A stretch of 64,000 nt of DNA from an uncultured Actinomycetes bacterium (GCA_963709345.1 CAVPVX010000011.1:18391-82390); one strand, 5' to 3'. Positions 8,143-18,452 are shown, counted from the first letter of the stretch. Numbers and translations are program-made. The notes: a model not told the origin generated them from the sequence alone.

Positions 8143-9618
8143 TCAGACGACCACCCGAAGGGTGCGAAGCGCGCGGTCTTCGGGGCCGTGCACCTTGAGC
8201 CCGGTGGCCGCCGCCTCCAGCAGATAGGCGACGATCTCGGCCGAGATCTCTTCGCCTGGCCCCAGCACCGGGATGCCGGGCGGGTACGGCGTGACCATCT
8301 CGGCGCTCGCGTGACCGGCACACTCCGCCAGCAGCAGGGCGTGTGACGGCGCGAAGAAGGCGTCGCGCGGCGAGAGGATCTGGCGGGTGAAAGCGGGCGT
8401 GTGGGAGAGCAGGCCGGAGCAGGCGGCGGAGCCGCCACCGCCGGCCACCCCTCGAAACCTCGCCGCCAGGTCGCGGAGCGCCGCGACGAGCAGTTCGAGG
8501 TCGGAGCGTGAGTCGCCGTAGGTGACGTTGAGCACGACGTTGAGGGCGTCGGCCGCCTCGACGGCGATGTGGTAGTCGTCGCGCAGGACGGTCTCGAGCT
8601 GATGACCGCTCAGGCAGAGGTCGCAGGCGGAGACCGTGAGCCGTGTGGGGTCGAGCTCGGCGACTCCCTCGCGCTCGAGGATCTCGGCCCCGAGGCAGCG
8701 CAGGCCGGCGATGTTCCCGATCTCGGCGCGCGCCCAGTTCGCCAGCTCGATCGCTCCACGCCACAGCTCGGCGCCTCGCGTCGCCATCTGCTGGCGCGCC
8801 GCGTCGATGCTCGCGTAGATCAGGATCTGCGGACTGGTGCTCTGAGTGAGGTTCACCGTGGTGTCCAGCCGGTCGAGGTTGAGACGCTCGCCGCGAGCCA
8901 TGAGGACAGACGATTGCGTGATGCCGCTGATCAGCTTGTGCGTGCTCACGACCGCGGCGTCGGCGCCGGCCGACATGGCGTCCACAGGCAGTTCCGGGGA
9001 GAACCGCAGGTGCGGGCCCCACGCCTGGTCGGTGACGAAGGGCATCGCGGCGGCCTGGGCGAGGCCGGCGACGGCGGCGAGGTCGGCGCCCAGGCCGTTG
9101 TACGTGGGCGACGTGACGAAGATCGCCTTCGCCTGCGGCGTCGCCTGCAGGGCGCGCAGCGCGTCGCCGGGTCGGATGTTGAGCGGGATGCCCCAGAGCG
9201 GGTCGATCACCGGCTCCATGTACACGGGCACGGCTCCGGAGAAGATCAGGCCGGCGAGCATCGACTTGTGGGCGTTGCGCGGGATGATCACCGTGTCGCC
9301 CGGACCGCACAAGGAGAGGACGAGAGCGTGGATCCCGCTGGTCGAGCCGTTCACGAGGAACCAGCAGCGGTCTCCGCCCCACGCCTCGGCGGCGTAGTCC
9401 TCGGCCAGGCGGATGAGATGCGTGGACTCACGTGTGTCCTCGACACCGCCGGCCATCGCGATGTCGACCGAGAGACACGTGTCGCCGACGAGCTCACGAA
9501 GGCCCGATGGGGCGCCCCTGCCCAGCTTGTGACCGGGTGTGTGGAACGGGGTGTGCCCGGTCGCGCGGTAGCGCAGCGCGGCGTCAAGGTACGGCGTGTC
9601 TTCCTGGTCGTACGGCAC
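8143..9618 (-). CDS. Orn/Lys/Arg decarboxylase-family PLP enzyme (SpeA/YaaO-like)
   Basis: OKR_DC_1-like sequence (HTPGHKLG, STHKLISGITQSSVLM). GTG start after GGGAGG. The upstream part of the 8143..9765 ORF was discounted. Confidence 0.8.
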   Translation of the reverse strand: MPYDQEDTPYLDAALRYRATGHTPFHTPGHKLGRGAPSGLRELVGDTCLSVDIAMAGGVEDTRESTHLIRLAEDYAAEAWGGDRCWFLVNGSTSGIHALVLSLCGPGDTVIIPRNAHKSMLAGLIFSGAVPVYMEPVIDPLWGIPLNIRPGDALRALQATPQAKAIFVTSPTYNGLGADLAAVAGLAQAAAMPFVTDQAWGPHLRFSPELPVDAMSAGADAAVVSTHKLISGITQSSVLMARGERLNLDRLDTTVNLTQSTSPQILIYASIDAARQQMATRGAELWRGAIELANWARAEIGNIAGLRCLGAEILEREGVAELDPTRLTVSACDLCLSGHQLETVLRDDYHIAVEAADALNVVLNVTYGDSRSDLELLVAALRDLAARFRGVAGGGGSAACSGLLSHTPAFTRQILSPRDAFFAPSHALLLAECAGHASAEMVTPYPPGIPVLGPGEEISAEIVAYLLEAAATGLKVHGPEDRALRTLRVVV

Positions 9619-9827
9619 GTGGTCCTCCCGGTGTTCCGCGGGCTCGTCGGGTCGTCCCGGCGAGAGCCCTCCGCGGCAAGCATAGCAAGCCGCGTCACCC
9701 ACCGCCCGCCGCGTCAGCGGCGTGCGCTTGCGAGAGGGATGGGGGTCGTGGACGAAGTGATACACTCAAGCTGTTTTGCAGGGGAAACCACTGCTCCGGA
9801 GGAGTAACGATCAACCTGAAGTCGACG

Positions 9828-11275
9828 GTGAGGGTACGGTTCGCGCCGAGCCCGACGGGCATGCTGCACATCGGTTCGGCGCGCACGGCGCTGTACAACT
9901 ACCTCTTCGCTCGCCATACGGGCGGCGCTCTCGTGCTCCGCGTCGACGACACCGACGCCGCTCGCTCTGAGGCCGCCCTCGAGGCTGCGATCATGGCCGA
10001 TCTGCGCTGGCTGGGGATCGAGTGGGACGAGGGGCCAGACGTGGGAGGTCCCGCCGGTCCGTACCGCCAGCAAGAGCGTCTGGAGCGGTATCGCGTGGCG
10101 GCCGGCGCCCTGCTCGAGAGCGGTCGGGCGTACAGGTGCTTCTGCCCCGAGGAGCGCCTCGAAGAGCTGCGCCGCGAGGCCCTGGCCGCCGGGCGCACGC
10201 CGCGCTACGACCGCCGGTGTCTCGGTCTGCCGCCCGATGAGGCACAGCGCAGGGTGGCCGCCGGGGAGCCGGCGGCGGTCCGCTTCCGGGTGCCCGCGGG
10301 GGAGGTCGTCATCGACGACCTGATCCGCGGGCACGTCACGATAGAGCATGCAGCGCTCAGCGATCCCATCATCGTGCGCTCGGACGGCGTGGCGGGCTAC
10401 AACTTCGCGAGCGTCGTCGACGATCTCGCGATGGGCATCACGCACGTCATCCGCGGCGACGACCATCTCACCAACACGGCGCGCCAGCAGTTGCTGTACG
10501 AGGCGCTCGGCGGGCCGGTGCCGCGCTTCGCGCACCACTCCATGGTCCTCGGGCCGGACGGCGGCAAGCTCAGCAAGCGCCACGGCGCCGCGGCCGTCGG
10601 GGACTACCGCGATCTCGGCTACCTGCCCTCGGCCATCGTGAACTACCTTGCGCTTCTCGGCTGGTCGCACGGCGAGGACGAGGTGCTCGGCATGGAGCGC
10701 CTCGTCGCCGAGTTCGTGCCGGAGAAGCTGTCGGCGAGCCCGGCCATCTTCGATCTTCCCAAGCTCGACTGGCTCGACCACGAGCACATCATGGCGCTCG
10801 CGCCGGAGGAGCACGAGCGCCTCTTCGCCGAGCGGCTGCCGGCGGCGACGCCGCCCAGGCGGCCGCGGCGCTGGCGGCGGCCTTCCAGCCGTCGCTGGTG
10901 CGGTACGGCGAGGCGCCGGCGCTGGCCGCGGCGGTGCTCGAGCCGCCCGCCACGCAGCCCGATCGGGCCGTCGCGTTCGCCGCCGCCGCCGCGCCCCTGG
11001 CGCGGGTGCGCGCGCTTCGCTTGGACGCGCCGGAGTGGCTCACGCCCGCGACCGCCCGCGACCTGCTCGCCGCCTACCGCGCCTGGGGCAAGGATCAAGG
11101 CATCGGCGCGCGCGACCTGCTCATGCCGCTGCGCATCGCCCTGACGGCGACCGAGCACGGTCCCGAACTGCCTTTCGTGCTGGCCGCACTCGCTCGCGAC
11201 GCCACGCTGGCGCGCCTCGACCTCGCCATCGCCGGGAACGCTGCCGATGGGCCCACGACGACTCCGGGAGAATGA
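9828..11275 (+). CDS. gltX: glutamate--tRNA ligase, with an apparent single-base frameshift near 10840-10860
   Basis: N-terminal VRVRFAPSPTGMLHIGSART, KLSKR, WLD motifs in frame 0 (inside the 9432..11144 ORF). The C-terminal anticodon-binding domain continues in the frame of ORF 10898..11275 (LRIALTATEHGPELPFVLAAL). Start could be anywhere within 9810-9828. Confidence 0.8.
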
Positions 11276-12831
11276 TCGTGATCCGCCTTTTCAACTCGCT
11301 GACACAGCAGAAAGAGCCGTTCGAGCCTCGTGACGCCGGCAAGGCGGGCATCTACTGCTGCGGTCCGACCGTGTACAACCTCGTCCACGTCGGCAATGCC
11401 CGGCCGTACGTCACCTTCGCCGTCCTGCGCTCGTGGCTCGCCCGGCGAGGTCTGGAGGCGACGCTGGTGACCAACATCACCGACGTGGACGACAAGATCA
11501 TCGCCAAGGCCAAGGTCGAGGGGCGGGACGCCGCCGCCGTAGCGGAGGAGTTCACGGCCGCCTACGTCGAGGACACGGACCGCCTCGGCATCCCGCGGCC
11601 CGACGTCGAACCGCGCGCCACCGGGACCGTTCCCGAGATCATCGACCTGGTGTGCACCCTTATCAAGGGCGGACACGCGTACGAGGCCGAGGGCAGCGTC
11701 TACTTCCGCGTGCGCAGCTTCGACGGGTACGGCAAGCTCAGCAAGCAGCGCATCGACGACCTCGAGGAGGGCGTCCGTGTGGACAACGAGCCGGGCAAGG
11801 CCGACCCCCTGGATTTCGCCGTCTGGAAGGCCGCGAAGCCGGGCGAGCCGGCCTGGGACAGCCCGTGGGGCATGGGCCGGCCCGGCTGGCACATCGAGTG
11901 CTCGGCCATGGGGTTGCGCTACCTCGGCGTCGGATTCGACGTGCACGGGGGAGGCCGCGATCTCATCTTCCCCCACCACGAGAACGAGATCGCCCAGAGC
12001 GAGGCCGCCGGCCTCCCGTTCGCCAAGGTGTGGATGCACAACGGCATGATCCGCAGTGACGGCGAGAAGATGGCCAAGAGCGTCGGCAACATCTTCCTCC
12101 TGCGTGAGGTCCTCGACCGCTACGAGCCCGCCGTCTTGCTCACCTACTTCCTCACGACGCACTACCGGAGCCCGCTCGAGTTTGGGGCCGAGAAGCTCGA
12201 CGAGGCCAAGGCGGCGCACGCGCGGCTCAGCGACGCGCTCGCGGACATCGACTTCCGTATCGCCAACGCGGCGCGCGCCGTCGCGCGAGGCGAGTGCCCC
12301 GACCTGACCCTCCGCGCCGAGGCGGCGAGGATGGCTTTCGGCGAGCGCATGGACGACGACCTCAACACGGCCGGCGCGCTCGGTGAGTTGTTCGCGCTGA
12401 TCGGCGACATGCACCGCTATCTAACGGCGGTCGACCACGGTGACTCGCCTCTCGACACCGAGGCGCTGGCGACCGTTCGCGACGTGCTGCGCGAGTCGCT
12501 CGGCGCTCTCCTGATCGACGCTCCCGGCCCGGGGGCGGACCTGACCGCCGTCGGCAGCGTCGCCGGCGAGGCCGCCGCCGCGTGTGTCACCGGAGAGGTC
12601 GCGCTGCTCCCGGCCGCGCGGCTCGCCGGGGAAGGCCGTTGGGATGACGTCGCGCTGGTCTACGCCGACCGTCTCGGCTGCGCCGACGCGTCGTACGCCT
12701 GCGTGCTGCGCGACCACTATCGCGCGCAGAAGCAGTGGGGCGAGGCCGACAGGCTGCGCGACGAGATCCAGGGCGCCGGGTTCGAGGTGCGCGACACGCC
12801 CCAAGGCACGCAGGTGGTCAGGAAGCCTTGA
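11272..12831 (+). CDS. cysS: cysteine--tRNA ligase
   Basis: CGPTVYNLVHVGNARPY, KMAKSVGN, WHIECS. ATGA overlap with the gltX stop. Confidence 0.9.
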   Translation: MIVIRLFNSLTQQKEPFEPRDAGKAGIYCCGPTVYNLVHVGNARPYVTFAVLRSWLARRGLEATLVTNITDVDDKIIAKAKVEGRDAAAVAEEFTAAYVEDTDRLGIPRPDVEPRATGTVPEIIDLVCTLIKGGHAYEAEGSVYFRVRSFDGYGKLSKQRIDDLEEGVRVDNEPGKADPLDFAVWKAAKPGEPAWDSPWGMGRPGWHIECSAMGLRYLGVGFDVHGGGRDLIFPHHENEIAQSEAAGLPFAKVWMHNGMIRSDGEKMAKSVGNIFLLREVLDRYEPAVLLTYFLTTHYRSPLEFGAEKLDEAKAAHARLSDALADIDFRIANAARAVARGECPDLTLRAEAARMAFGERMDDDLNTAGALGELFALIGDMHRYLTAVDHGDSPLDTEALATVRDVLRESLGALLIDAPGPGADLTAVGSVAGEAAAACVTGEVALLPAARLAGEGRWDDVALVYADRLGCADASYACVLRDHYRAQKQWGEADRLRDEIQGAGFEVRDTPQGTQVVRKP

Positions 12832-12932
12832 GTCGACGGTACAGAACACGATGAGCGCCGCCACGACTGTGGCCGAGCCGGCGATGTCGCCGTCGATGCC
12901 GAGCAGCAGCGCCGCGCGGGTCGCGTAGCGGT

Positions 12933-13643
12933 ATGGACTGGATCTACGGCCGAAACGTGGTGAGGCTGGCGCTGGCCGCCGGCGCGCGGCGGCGAGCCAT
13001 GAGGCTCGCCGCGACCGCGCCGGCGCTCAAGGCGCTCGGTGCGGCGCTCCCGCCGGCGCTTCCCGTCGAGAAGGTGACCGGCGACGCGCTCCACGAGCTG
13101 CTCGGCACCCATGAGCACCAAGGGGTCGCGCTGCAGGTCGAGGCGTTCTCCTACGCCGACCCCGGCGAGTTGCTGGCCGGCGACGTGATCGTCGTGCTGG
13201 ACGAGGTCACCGACCCGCACAACCTCGGCGCCGTCGCGCGCACCGCGTTGGCCGCCGGGGCCGCGGGCCTCGTGCTGCCGAAGCATCGCTCCGCCCACGT
13301 GACGCCGGCGGCCGTGAAGGCGTCCGCCGGCACGCTGGAGCACCTTCCCGTTACCCAGGTGACGAACGTCGTGAGCTTCCTCGGCGACGCCAAGAAGGCG
13401 GGCTTCTGGACGTACGGGGCGGCCGGTGAGGCTTCGATCCCGTATCTCGAGCTCGACCTCACGGGCCGCGTCGTGCTCGTGCTCGGGGCCGAGGGACGCG
13501 GACTGCGGCCGCTCGTCGCCCGCACCTGCGACGCGCTCGTCGCCATCCCGATGGCGCCGCCGGTAGAGAGCCTCAACGTCAGCGTGGCGGCGGCGCTGCT
13601 CCTGTACGAGGTCCGCCGCCGGCGACAGGCGGAGGGGGGGTGA
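12933..13643 (+). CDS. rlmB: 23S rRNA (guanosine-2'-O)-methyltransferase RlmB (SpoU/TrmH family)
   Basis: SpoU motifs (VVLDEVTDPHNLGAVARTA, VLVLGAEGRGL, SLNVSVAAALLLYE). Confidence 0.85.
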   Translation: MDWIYGRNVVRLALAAGARRRAMRLAATAPALKALGAALPPALPVEKVTGDALHELLGTHEHQGVALQVEAFSYADPGELLAGDVIVVLDEVTDPHNLGAVARTALAAGAAGLVLPKHRSAHVTPAAVKASAGTLEHLPVTQVTNVVSFLGDAKKAGFWTYGAAGEASIPYLELDLTGRVVLVLGAEGRGLRPLVARTCDALVAIPMAPPVESLNVSVAAALLLYEVRRRRQAEGG

Positions 13644-13689
13644 CGGTGCCGTCGCTCCCAGATGAGAGCGCTTCGGCGATTGCAGGCGT

Positions 13690-14205
13690 ATGACTGACGC
13701 GCTCTACATCGTCGACGGCTACAACGTCCTGCACGCCATGTTCCGCGGCGCCGGCAAAGAGGAGATCTTCGCGCGCCGCGACTGGCTCGCCGGCCAGCTG
13801 GCGAGCTTCGTCGCCCTTCGCGGCGCGCGGGCCGTCCTGGTCTTCGATGGGCGCGGCCCAGTCAGCACCACCAGCGTCCCGATGAAGGGGGCGCCGGTCG
13901 AGGTGGTGTTCGCCGGCGGCCGCTACACCGCCGACACGCTGATCGCCCGCCGCATCGCCGAACAGCCCGCCGACGTGCAGGTCGTCGTGGTCTCCGCCGA
14001 TCAGGAGGTCCAGCGCGCCGCCTCGCGTGCCGGCGTCAGCCGGATGACGCCGCCCGAGCTGGCCGGCCACCTGTCCGGCGGCACGCAGCGCGGGCAGGCT
14101 CTTGACTCTGCCTCACACTCGACTAGAATGCCCTCACGGCTTGAGGATGAAGTTGACCCTGAGACTTTGCGCAAGCTGGAGGAACTGCGGAACAAGCCGC
14201 AGTAG
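13690..14205 (+). CDS. yacP: NYN-domain YacP/Rae1-like ribonuclease
   Basis: MTDALYIVDGYNVLHA N-terminus. Bacillus-type position between rlmB and sigH. TAG stop. Confidence 0.8.
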   Translation: MTDALYIVDGYNVLHAMFRGAGKEEIFARRDWLAGQLASFVALRGARAVLVFDGRGPVSTTSVPMKGAPVEVVFAGGRYTADTLIARRIAEQPADVQVVVVSADQEVQRAASRAGVSRMTPPELAGHLSGGTQRGQALDSASHSTRMPSRLEDEVDPETLRKLEELRNKPQ

Positions 14206-14266
14206 GCGTTCCGGAGGCTCGATTCACGGAACGTGCAGGGGCAAACGAGCGGAGGTGGGGACAAGA

Positions 14267-14944
14267 ATGGCTCGCCAGGCCGACCACAGCCGCGGCTCGA
14301 GGTCATCTCACAGCCCTCAACCCTACAGTGAGAGTAACGACTTCGCCCTGGTTCAGGCATACCGCCGGGGGAACCAGGCGGCGCTCGACGCGCTGATGCT
14401 GCGCTACCACCAGTTCGTCCGTCTCAAGGCCAGCTCCTACTTCCTTGCCGGCGGCGACGCCGAGGATCTCATACAGGAGGGCATGCTGGGCCTCTACAAG
14501 GCCGTCCGGGATTACCGCGACGACCGTCTGGCGAGCTTCCGCAGTTTCGCCGAGCTCTGCATCACCCGGCAGATCATCACCGCCATCAAGACGGCGACGC
14601 GTCAGAAGCACGTGCCGCTGAACGGCTATCTCTCGTTCAGCCAGTCGCCGAGCGACTCGTCGGATGACGGAGACTGCTCGCTCGCCGACGTGCTGCCGGG
14701 GCCCACGACACACGACCCGGTCAACCAGGTCATCAGCTCGGAGGAGGTCGACAGCCTCACGAGTTGCCTGACGCGCATGCTGTCCGAGCTCGAGGGGAAG
14801 GTCCTGCGGTTCTACCTGCAGGGGCTGAGCTACGAGCGCATCGGCGGCGAACTCGGGTGCGACTGCAAGACGGTCGACAACGCGTTGCAGCGGATCAAGC
14901 GCAAGGTCGACCTGCATCTCGAGGGGCGGCGCGTTCCCAGCTGA
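14267..14944 (+). CDS. sigH: RNA polymerase sigma factor, SigH-like (sigma-70 regions 2 and 4 only)
   Basis: ATG after GGAGGTGGGGA. DLIQEGMLGLYKAVRDY and a C-terminal HTH. The upstream part of the 14102 ORF was discounted. Confidence 0.8.
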   Translation: MARQADHSRGSRSSHSPQPYSESNDFALVQAYRRGNQAALDALMLRYHQFVRLKASSYFLAGGDAEDLIQEGMLGLYKAVRDYRDDRLASFRSFAELCITRQIITAIKTATRQKHVPLNGYLSFSQSPSDSSDDGDCSLADVLPGPTTHDPVNQVISSEEVDSLTSCLTRMLSELEGKVLRFYLQGLSYERIGGELGCDCKTVDNALQRIKRKVDLHLEGRRVPS

Positions 14945-14957
14945 CCGCGCACGCGTA

Positions 14958-14987
14958 CCGCGGCGCTCCCGTTCCCGAGCGCCGCGG
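14958..14987. terminator. bidirectional hairpin between convergent sigH and pilT
   Basis: ccgcggcgctc / gagcgccgcgg 11 bp stem with an 8 nt loop, followed by ctt ct. Confidence 0.4.
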
Positions 14988-14996
14988 CTTCTCCCG

Positions 14997-16088
14997 CTAG
15001 AACGTCATGAGGCTGACGTCGTGTCCCTGCTGCTGGACGAGCAGCTTGAAGTCGTGCGGGTTGCTCGCCACCTGGGCTGCGTCGCTGAGGATGATGAGGC
15101 CTTCCTCGTACAACGTGAGCAGGGCTTGGTCGAAGGTCTGCATCCCGTAGAAGTCACCCTCTTTGATCGCATCACCCACCAGGCCGGCCTGGTCGGGGTC
15201 GAGAATGAAGTCGCGGATCCGGTTCGTGCACACCATGATCTCGATGGCCGGCACGCGGCCCTTGCCGTCCGCGCGCACGAGCAGGCGCTGGCTGATGATG
15301 CCCTTGAGAGTCCCGGCGAGCATGATCCGGATCTGCTTCTGCTGGTGGAGGGGGAAGAAGTCGATGATCCGGTTGATCGTCTCGGTCGCGTCGATGGTAT
15401 GCAGGGTGCTCATCACGAAGTGACCGGTCTGGGCGGCTGTGAGCGCCGCCGCCACCGTCTCCGGGTCGCGCATCTCGCCGATGAGGATGTCGTCGGGGTC
15501 TTGCCGAAGGACGTACTTGAGCGCCGAGGCGTAGGTGTCGGTGTCGAGACCGATCTCTCGCTGGTTGATGATGGACTTCTTGTCTTTGTGGAGGACTTCG
15601 ATCGGATCCTCCACGGTGACGATGTGGCGGCGCATGGTGTTGTTGATGTGGTCGATCATCGCCGCCAGCGTGGTGGTCTTGCCGGAGCCGGTCGTGCCCG
15701 TCACGAGGACGAGCCCGCGCGGTTCCAGCGCGAGCCGCTTGATGATCTCGGGGAGATGCAGCTCCTCGAAGCTGGGGATCCTCGTCGTGACCTGGCGCAT
15801 GGCCACGCTGATGCTGCCGCGCTGCCGGAAGACGTTGACGCGGAACCGGCCGAGGTCCGGGGCGGAGTAGGCGAAGTCGATCTCGTTGTGCTCGCTGAAC
15901 CGGCGGATCTGCTTGTCGGTCATGATCGAGGCGGCCACGTCCTTGGTGTCTTCGGGAGTGAGCGGCGGCTCGTCCATCAATACCAGCTCGCCGTCGACGC
16001 GGATCACCGGAGGGCTCCCTGCCTTGATGTGCAGGTCCGACGCGGCGCGTGCCATCATCTCGCTGAGCAGCTGATCGATCGGTTTCAC
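14997..16088 (-). CDS. pilT: type IV pilus retraction ATPase PilT
   Basis: Walker A GTTGSGKTT and PilT-family sequence throughout. TAG stop. Confidence 0.9.
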   Translation of the reverse strand: MKPIDQLLSEMMARAASDLHIKAGSPPVIRVDGELVLMDEPPLTPEDTKDVAASIMTDKQIRRFSEHNEIDFAYSAPDLGRFRVNVFRQRGSISVAMRQVTTRIPSFEELHLPEIIKRLALEPRGLVLVTGTTGSGKTTTLAAMIDHINNTMRRHIVTVEDPIEVLHKDKKSIINQREIGLDTDTYASALKYVLRQDPDDILIGEMRDPETVAAALTAAQTGHFVMSTLHTIDATETINRIIDFFPLHQQKQIRIMLAGTLKGIISQRLLVRADGKGRVPAIEIMVCTNRIRDFILDPDQAGLVGDAIKEGDFYGMQTFDQALLTLYEEGLIILSDAAQVASNPHDFKLLVQQQGHDVSLMTF

Positions 16089-16215
16089 GTGGCGGCCCCG
16101 TAGGTAGCGGTCTCTCTCTCACACTCACTAGTCGGCAGAAGGCGCGAAAAGCTTACTCTTCGCCGCAGCGGCGTGCCTGCCGTCGGAACGCTGCTCCGAC
16201 CGCCGCGACGCAGGG

Positions 16216-17256
16216 CTAGAAACGGCCGCCGATCCAGGCGCCTCGACCGTTGAGCGCGCCGTACCGCACGACATCGCCCGTGTGCGGCGCCTCGATGACG
16301 GCGCCGCCGCCGGCATAGATGGCGACGTGGTGACTGAAGCTCGCGTTGCCGAAGAAGACCAGGTCACCGGGGCGCATGTCGCTGAGCGCGACCGGCGTGC
16401 TCTGCTGCTGCTGCACGGTGGCGCCGTGGTACATGTGGATGCCGATCTGGGCATAGCAGTACATGGTGAGACCGGAGCAGTCGAAGCCGCTCGGGCCGGC
16501 GCCGCCCCAGACGTAGGGGACCCCGAAGTACCGCTGGGCGATTGTGATGATCTCGGGGTGACCCGGGCTGTCCGGGTCGACCGGGGGCGGCGTGATGCCG
16601 TTCCAGCTGCTCTGCGCGGCGAGCCGCGCCGCCCGCTCCGCCGCTTCTCTCAGCCGCTTGATCTCCGACTTGATGCCGCGCGTGAGCCGCCGGAGCTTGG
16701 CTTCGAGCGCGAGCAGCTCGTTCTTGTGTTCCTGGCGCTCCGCGACGAGCCTGGCCGCGGCGCGCTTGTCCGCCTCAAGCTTGACGCGCCGGTCCTTGAT
16801 GTCACGCTTGTAGGCGGCGATGCTCTTGACCGTGTCGACATCGCTGTTGCCGAGGCGCTCCATGAGGTCGAGCTGGGTGATGAGGTCGTCGAACGAATCC
16901 GCCTCGAAGAGCACGTCGACGATGCCGACGTCGCGGGTCTTGTAGATGCTCTCGGCGCGCGTCTTGAGCTGGTCGTTCGCCGTCTGCAGATTGCGCTCGG
17001 CGAGCTCCAGTTGCCGCTGGTTCTCGTCGATCTGCTGATTCACGGTGTCGAGCTGGCTGGTGGCCTGGGCGTACTTCTCGACCGCGATCTCGGATTTCAG
17101 GTAGACCTGGTCGAGGTGGGCCTGCACGGCACGCAGACGGGCCTTCTTCTCGGAGATCGGCGACGCCGGCGCTGCCGCGGCTGCGATCAGCAGCACAACG
17201 AGCACGCCGAAGATGGCAGGAAGCGCCGTGCGCAGGGTGCGGGAGCGGTGGTTCAC
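16216..17256 (-). CDS. NlpC/P60 peptidoglycan endopeptidase with N-terminal coiled coil (RipA-like), paralog 1
   Basis: Signal/TM, long coiled coil, C-terminal GVPYVWGGAGPSGFDCSGL ... H ... H catalytic domain. GTG start after AAAGGA. TAG stop. Confidence 0.85.
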   Translation of the reverse strand: MNHRSRTLRTALPAIFGVLVVLLIAAAAAPASPISEKKARLRAVQAHLDQVYLKSEIAVEKYAQATSQLDTVNQQIDENQRQLELAERNLQTANDQLKTRAESIYKTRDVGIVDVLFEADSFDDLITQLDLMERLGNSDVDTVKSIAAYKRDIKDRRVKLEADKRAAARLVAERQEHKNELLALEAKLRRLTRGIKSEIKRLREAAERAARLAAQSSWNGITPPPVDPDSPGHPEIITIAQRYFGVPYVWGGAGPSGFDCSGLTMYCYAQIGIHMYHGATVQQQQSTPVALSDMRPGDLVFFGNASFSHHVAIYAGGGAVIEAPHTGDVVRYGALNGRGAWIGGRF

Positions 17257-17336
17257 TCGATGCTGTCCTTTCGCGCCACCAGAGCAGTGACGCGCTGTGA
17301 GTACGTCCGGTTCACGAGGTGAGAACCTATTCGTGC

Positions 17337-17380
17337 CTGAGGGCGCGTTCCCTACCTGCGGCAGGGGACGCGCCCTTCAG
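17337..17380 (-). terminator. long near-perfect hairpin just downstream of p60 paralog 2
   Basis: ctgagggcgcgttccctacctgcggcaggggacgcgcccttcag: ~17 bp stem, small loop. No U-tract. Confidence 0.4.
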
Positions 17381-17399
17381 ACACTCGCGAGCGTCGGCG

Positions 17400-18452
17400 T
17401 CAGGGCCGTCCGCCTATCCAGGCGTGACCCATGGGGCCGTATCGGACGACGTCGCCGGTGTGCGGCGCGTGGATCATCTGCCCGCCGCCCACGTAGATGC
17501 CGACGTGGGAGCTGAAGCTTGCGTTGCCGAAGAAGACGAGGTCACCGGGCTGCAACGCGCTCAGCGGCACCGGGGTGGTGGCGCGCTGCTGCAGCGTGGC
17601 GCCGTGCGCGAGGCCGACTCCGACCTGCGCGTAGCAGTACATGGTGAGGCCGGAGCAGTCGAAGCCGCTCGGGCTGGCGCCGCCGTACACGTACGGAACG
17701 CCGAGGTATCGCTGAGCGATGGCGACGACCGAGGAGTTGCCGGAACCGCCCGGATCGACGACCGTGCCACCACTGGTGGACCCGCCCGCGCTCTGTTGCG
17801 CCGCCTGGGCGGCCTGGGCCGCGGCGCGCGCCGCGGCCGCCTGCTGGTCCTGGAGGCGCTTGATGTCGGACTTGATGCCGGCCGTCATCTGCTCGAGGCG
17901 GTTCTGCAGGCCGACGATCTCGGCCTTCTGCGTCGCCGCCTCGTCGACCAGCTTGGCGGCGGCCTTCTTGTCGGCGTCGAGGCGGACCCGACGATCCTTG
18001 ATGTCCTGCCGGTAGGCGTCGATGCTCTTGACGGTGTCGACGTCGCTGTTGCCGAGGCGCTCCATGAGGTTGAGCTGCGTCACCAGGTCGTCGAAGCTGT
18101 CGGCGGCGAAGAGGACGTCGACCACGCCGACGTCGCGCGTCTTGTAGATGCTCTCGGCTCGTGACGAGAGTTGCGTGTTGGCGACTTCCAGGTTGTACTC
18201 GGCGACCTTGAGCAGACGCTGGTTCTCGCTGATCTGGTGCTGGACGGTGGTGAGCCGGCTCCTGGCCTGGTTGAACTTCTCGAGTGCGACGTCGACTTCA
18301 TGGTAGACCTTCTGGAGCTTGGCCTGCACCTGGCGCAGCTGTGCTTTCTTGCTGCTGACGGGAGTGGAGAGGGCGGAAGGAACGAGGGTGAGAGAGAAAA
18401 GGATGGCGCCGAGAAAGACGGAGAGGGTGGTGATTCGTCGTGTGTGCTTCAC
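17400..18452 (-). CDS. NlpC/P60 peptidoglycan endopeptidase with N-terminal coiled coil (RipA-like), paralog 2
   Basis: Closely similar to paralog 1 (same coiled-coil and GVPYVYGGASPSGFDCSGL domain). GTG start after AGAGGAGG. The upstream part of the 17400..18812 ORF was discounted. Confidence 0.85.
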   Translation of the reverse strand: MKHTRRITTLSVFLGAILFSLTLVPSALSTPVSSKKAQLRQVQAKLQKVYHEVDVALEKFNQARSRLTTVQHQISENQRLLKVAEYNLEVANTQLSSRAESIYKTRDVGVVDVLFAADSFDDLVTQLNLMERLGNSDVDTVKSIDAYRQDIKDRRVRLDADKKAAAKLVDEAATQKAEIVGLQNRLEQMTAGIKSDIKRLQDQQAAAARAAAQAAQAAQQSAGGSTSGGTVVDPGGSGNSSVVAIAQRYLGVPYVYGGASPSGFDCSGLTMYCYAQVGVGLAHGATLQQRATTPVPLSALQPGDLVFFGNASFSSHVGIYVGGGQMIHAPHTGDVVRYGPMGHAWIGGRP

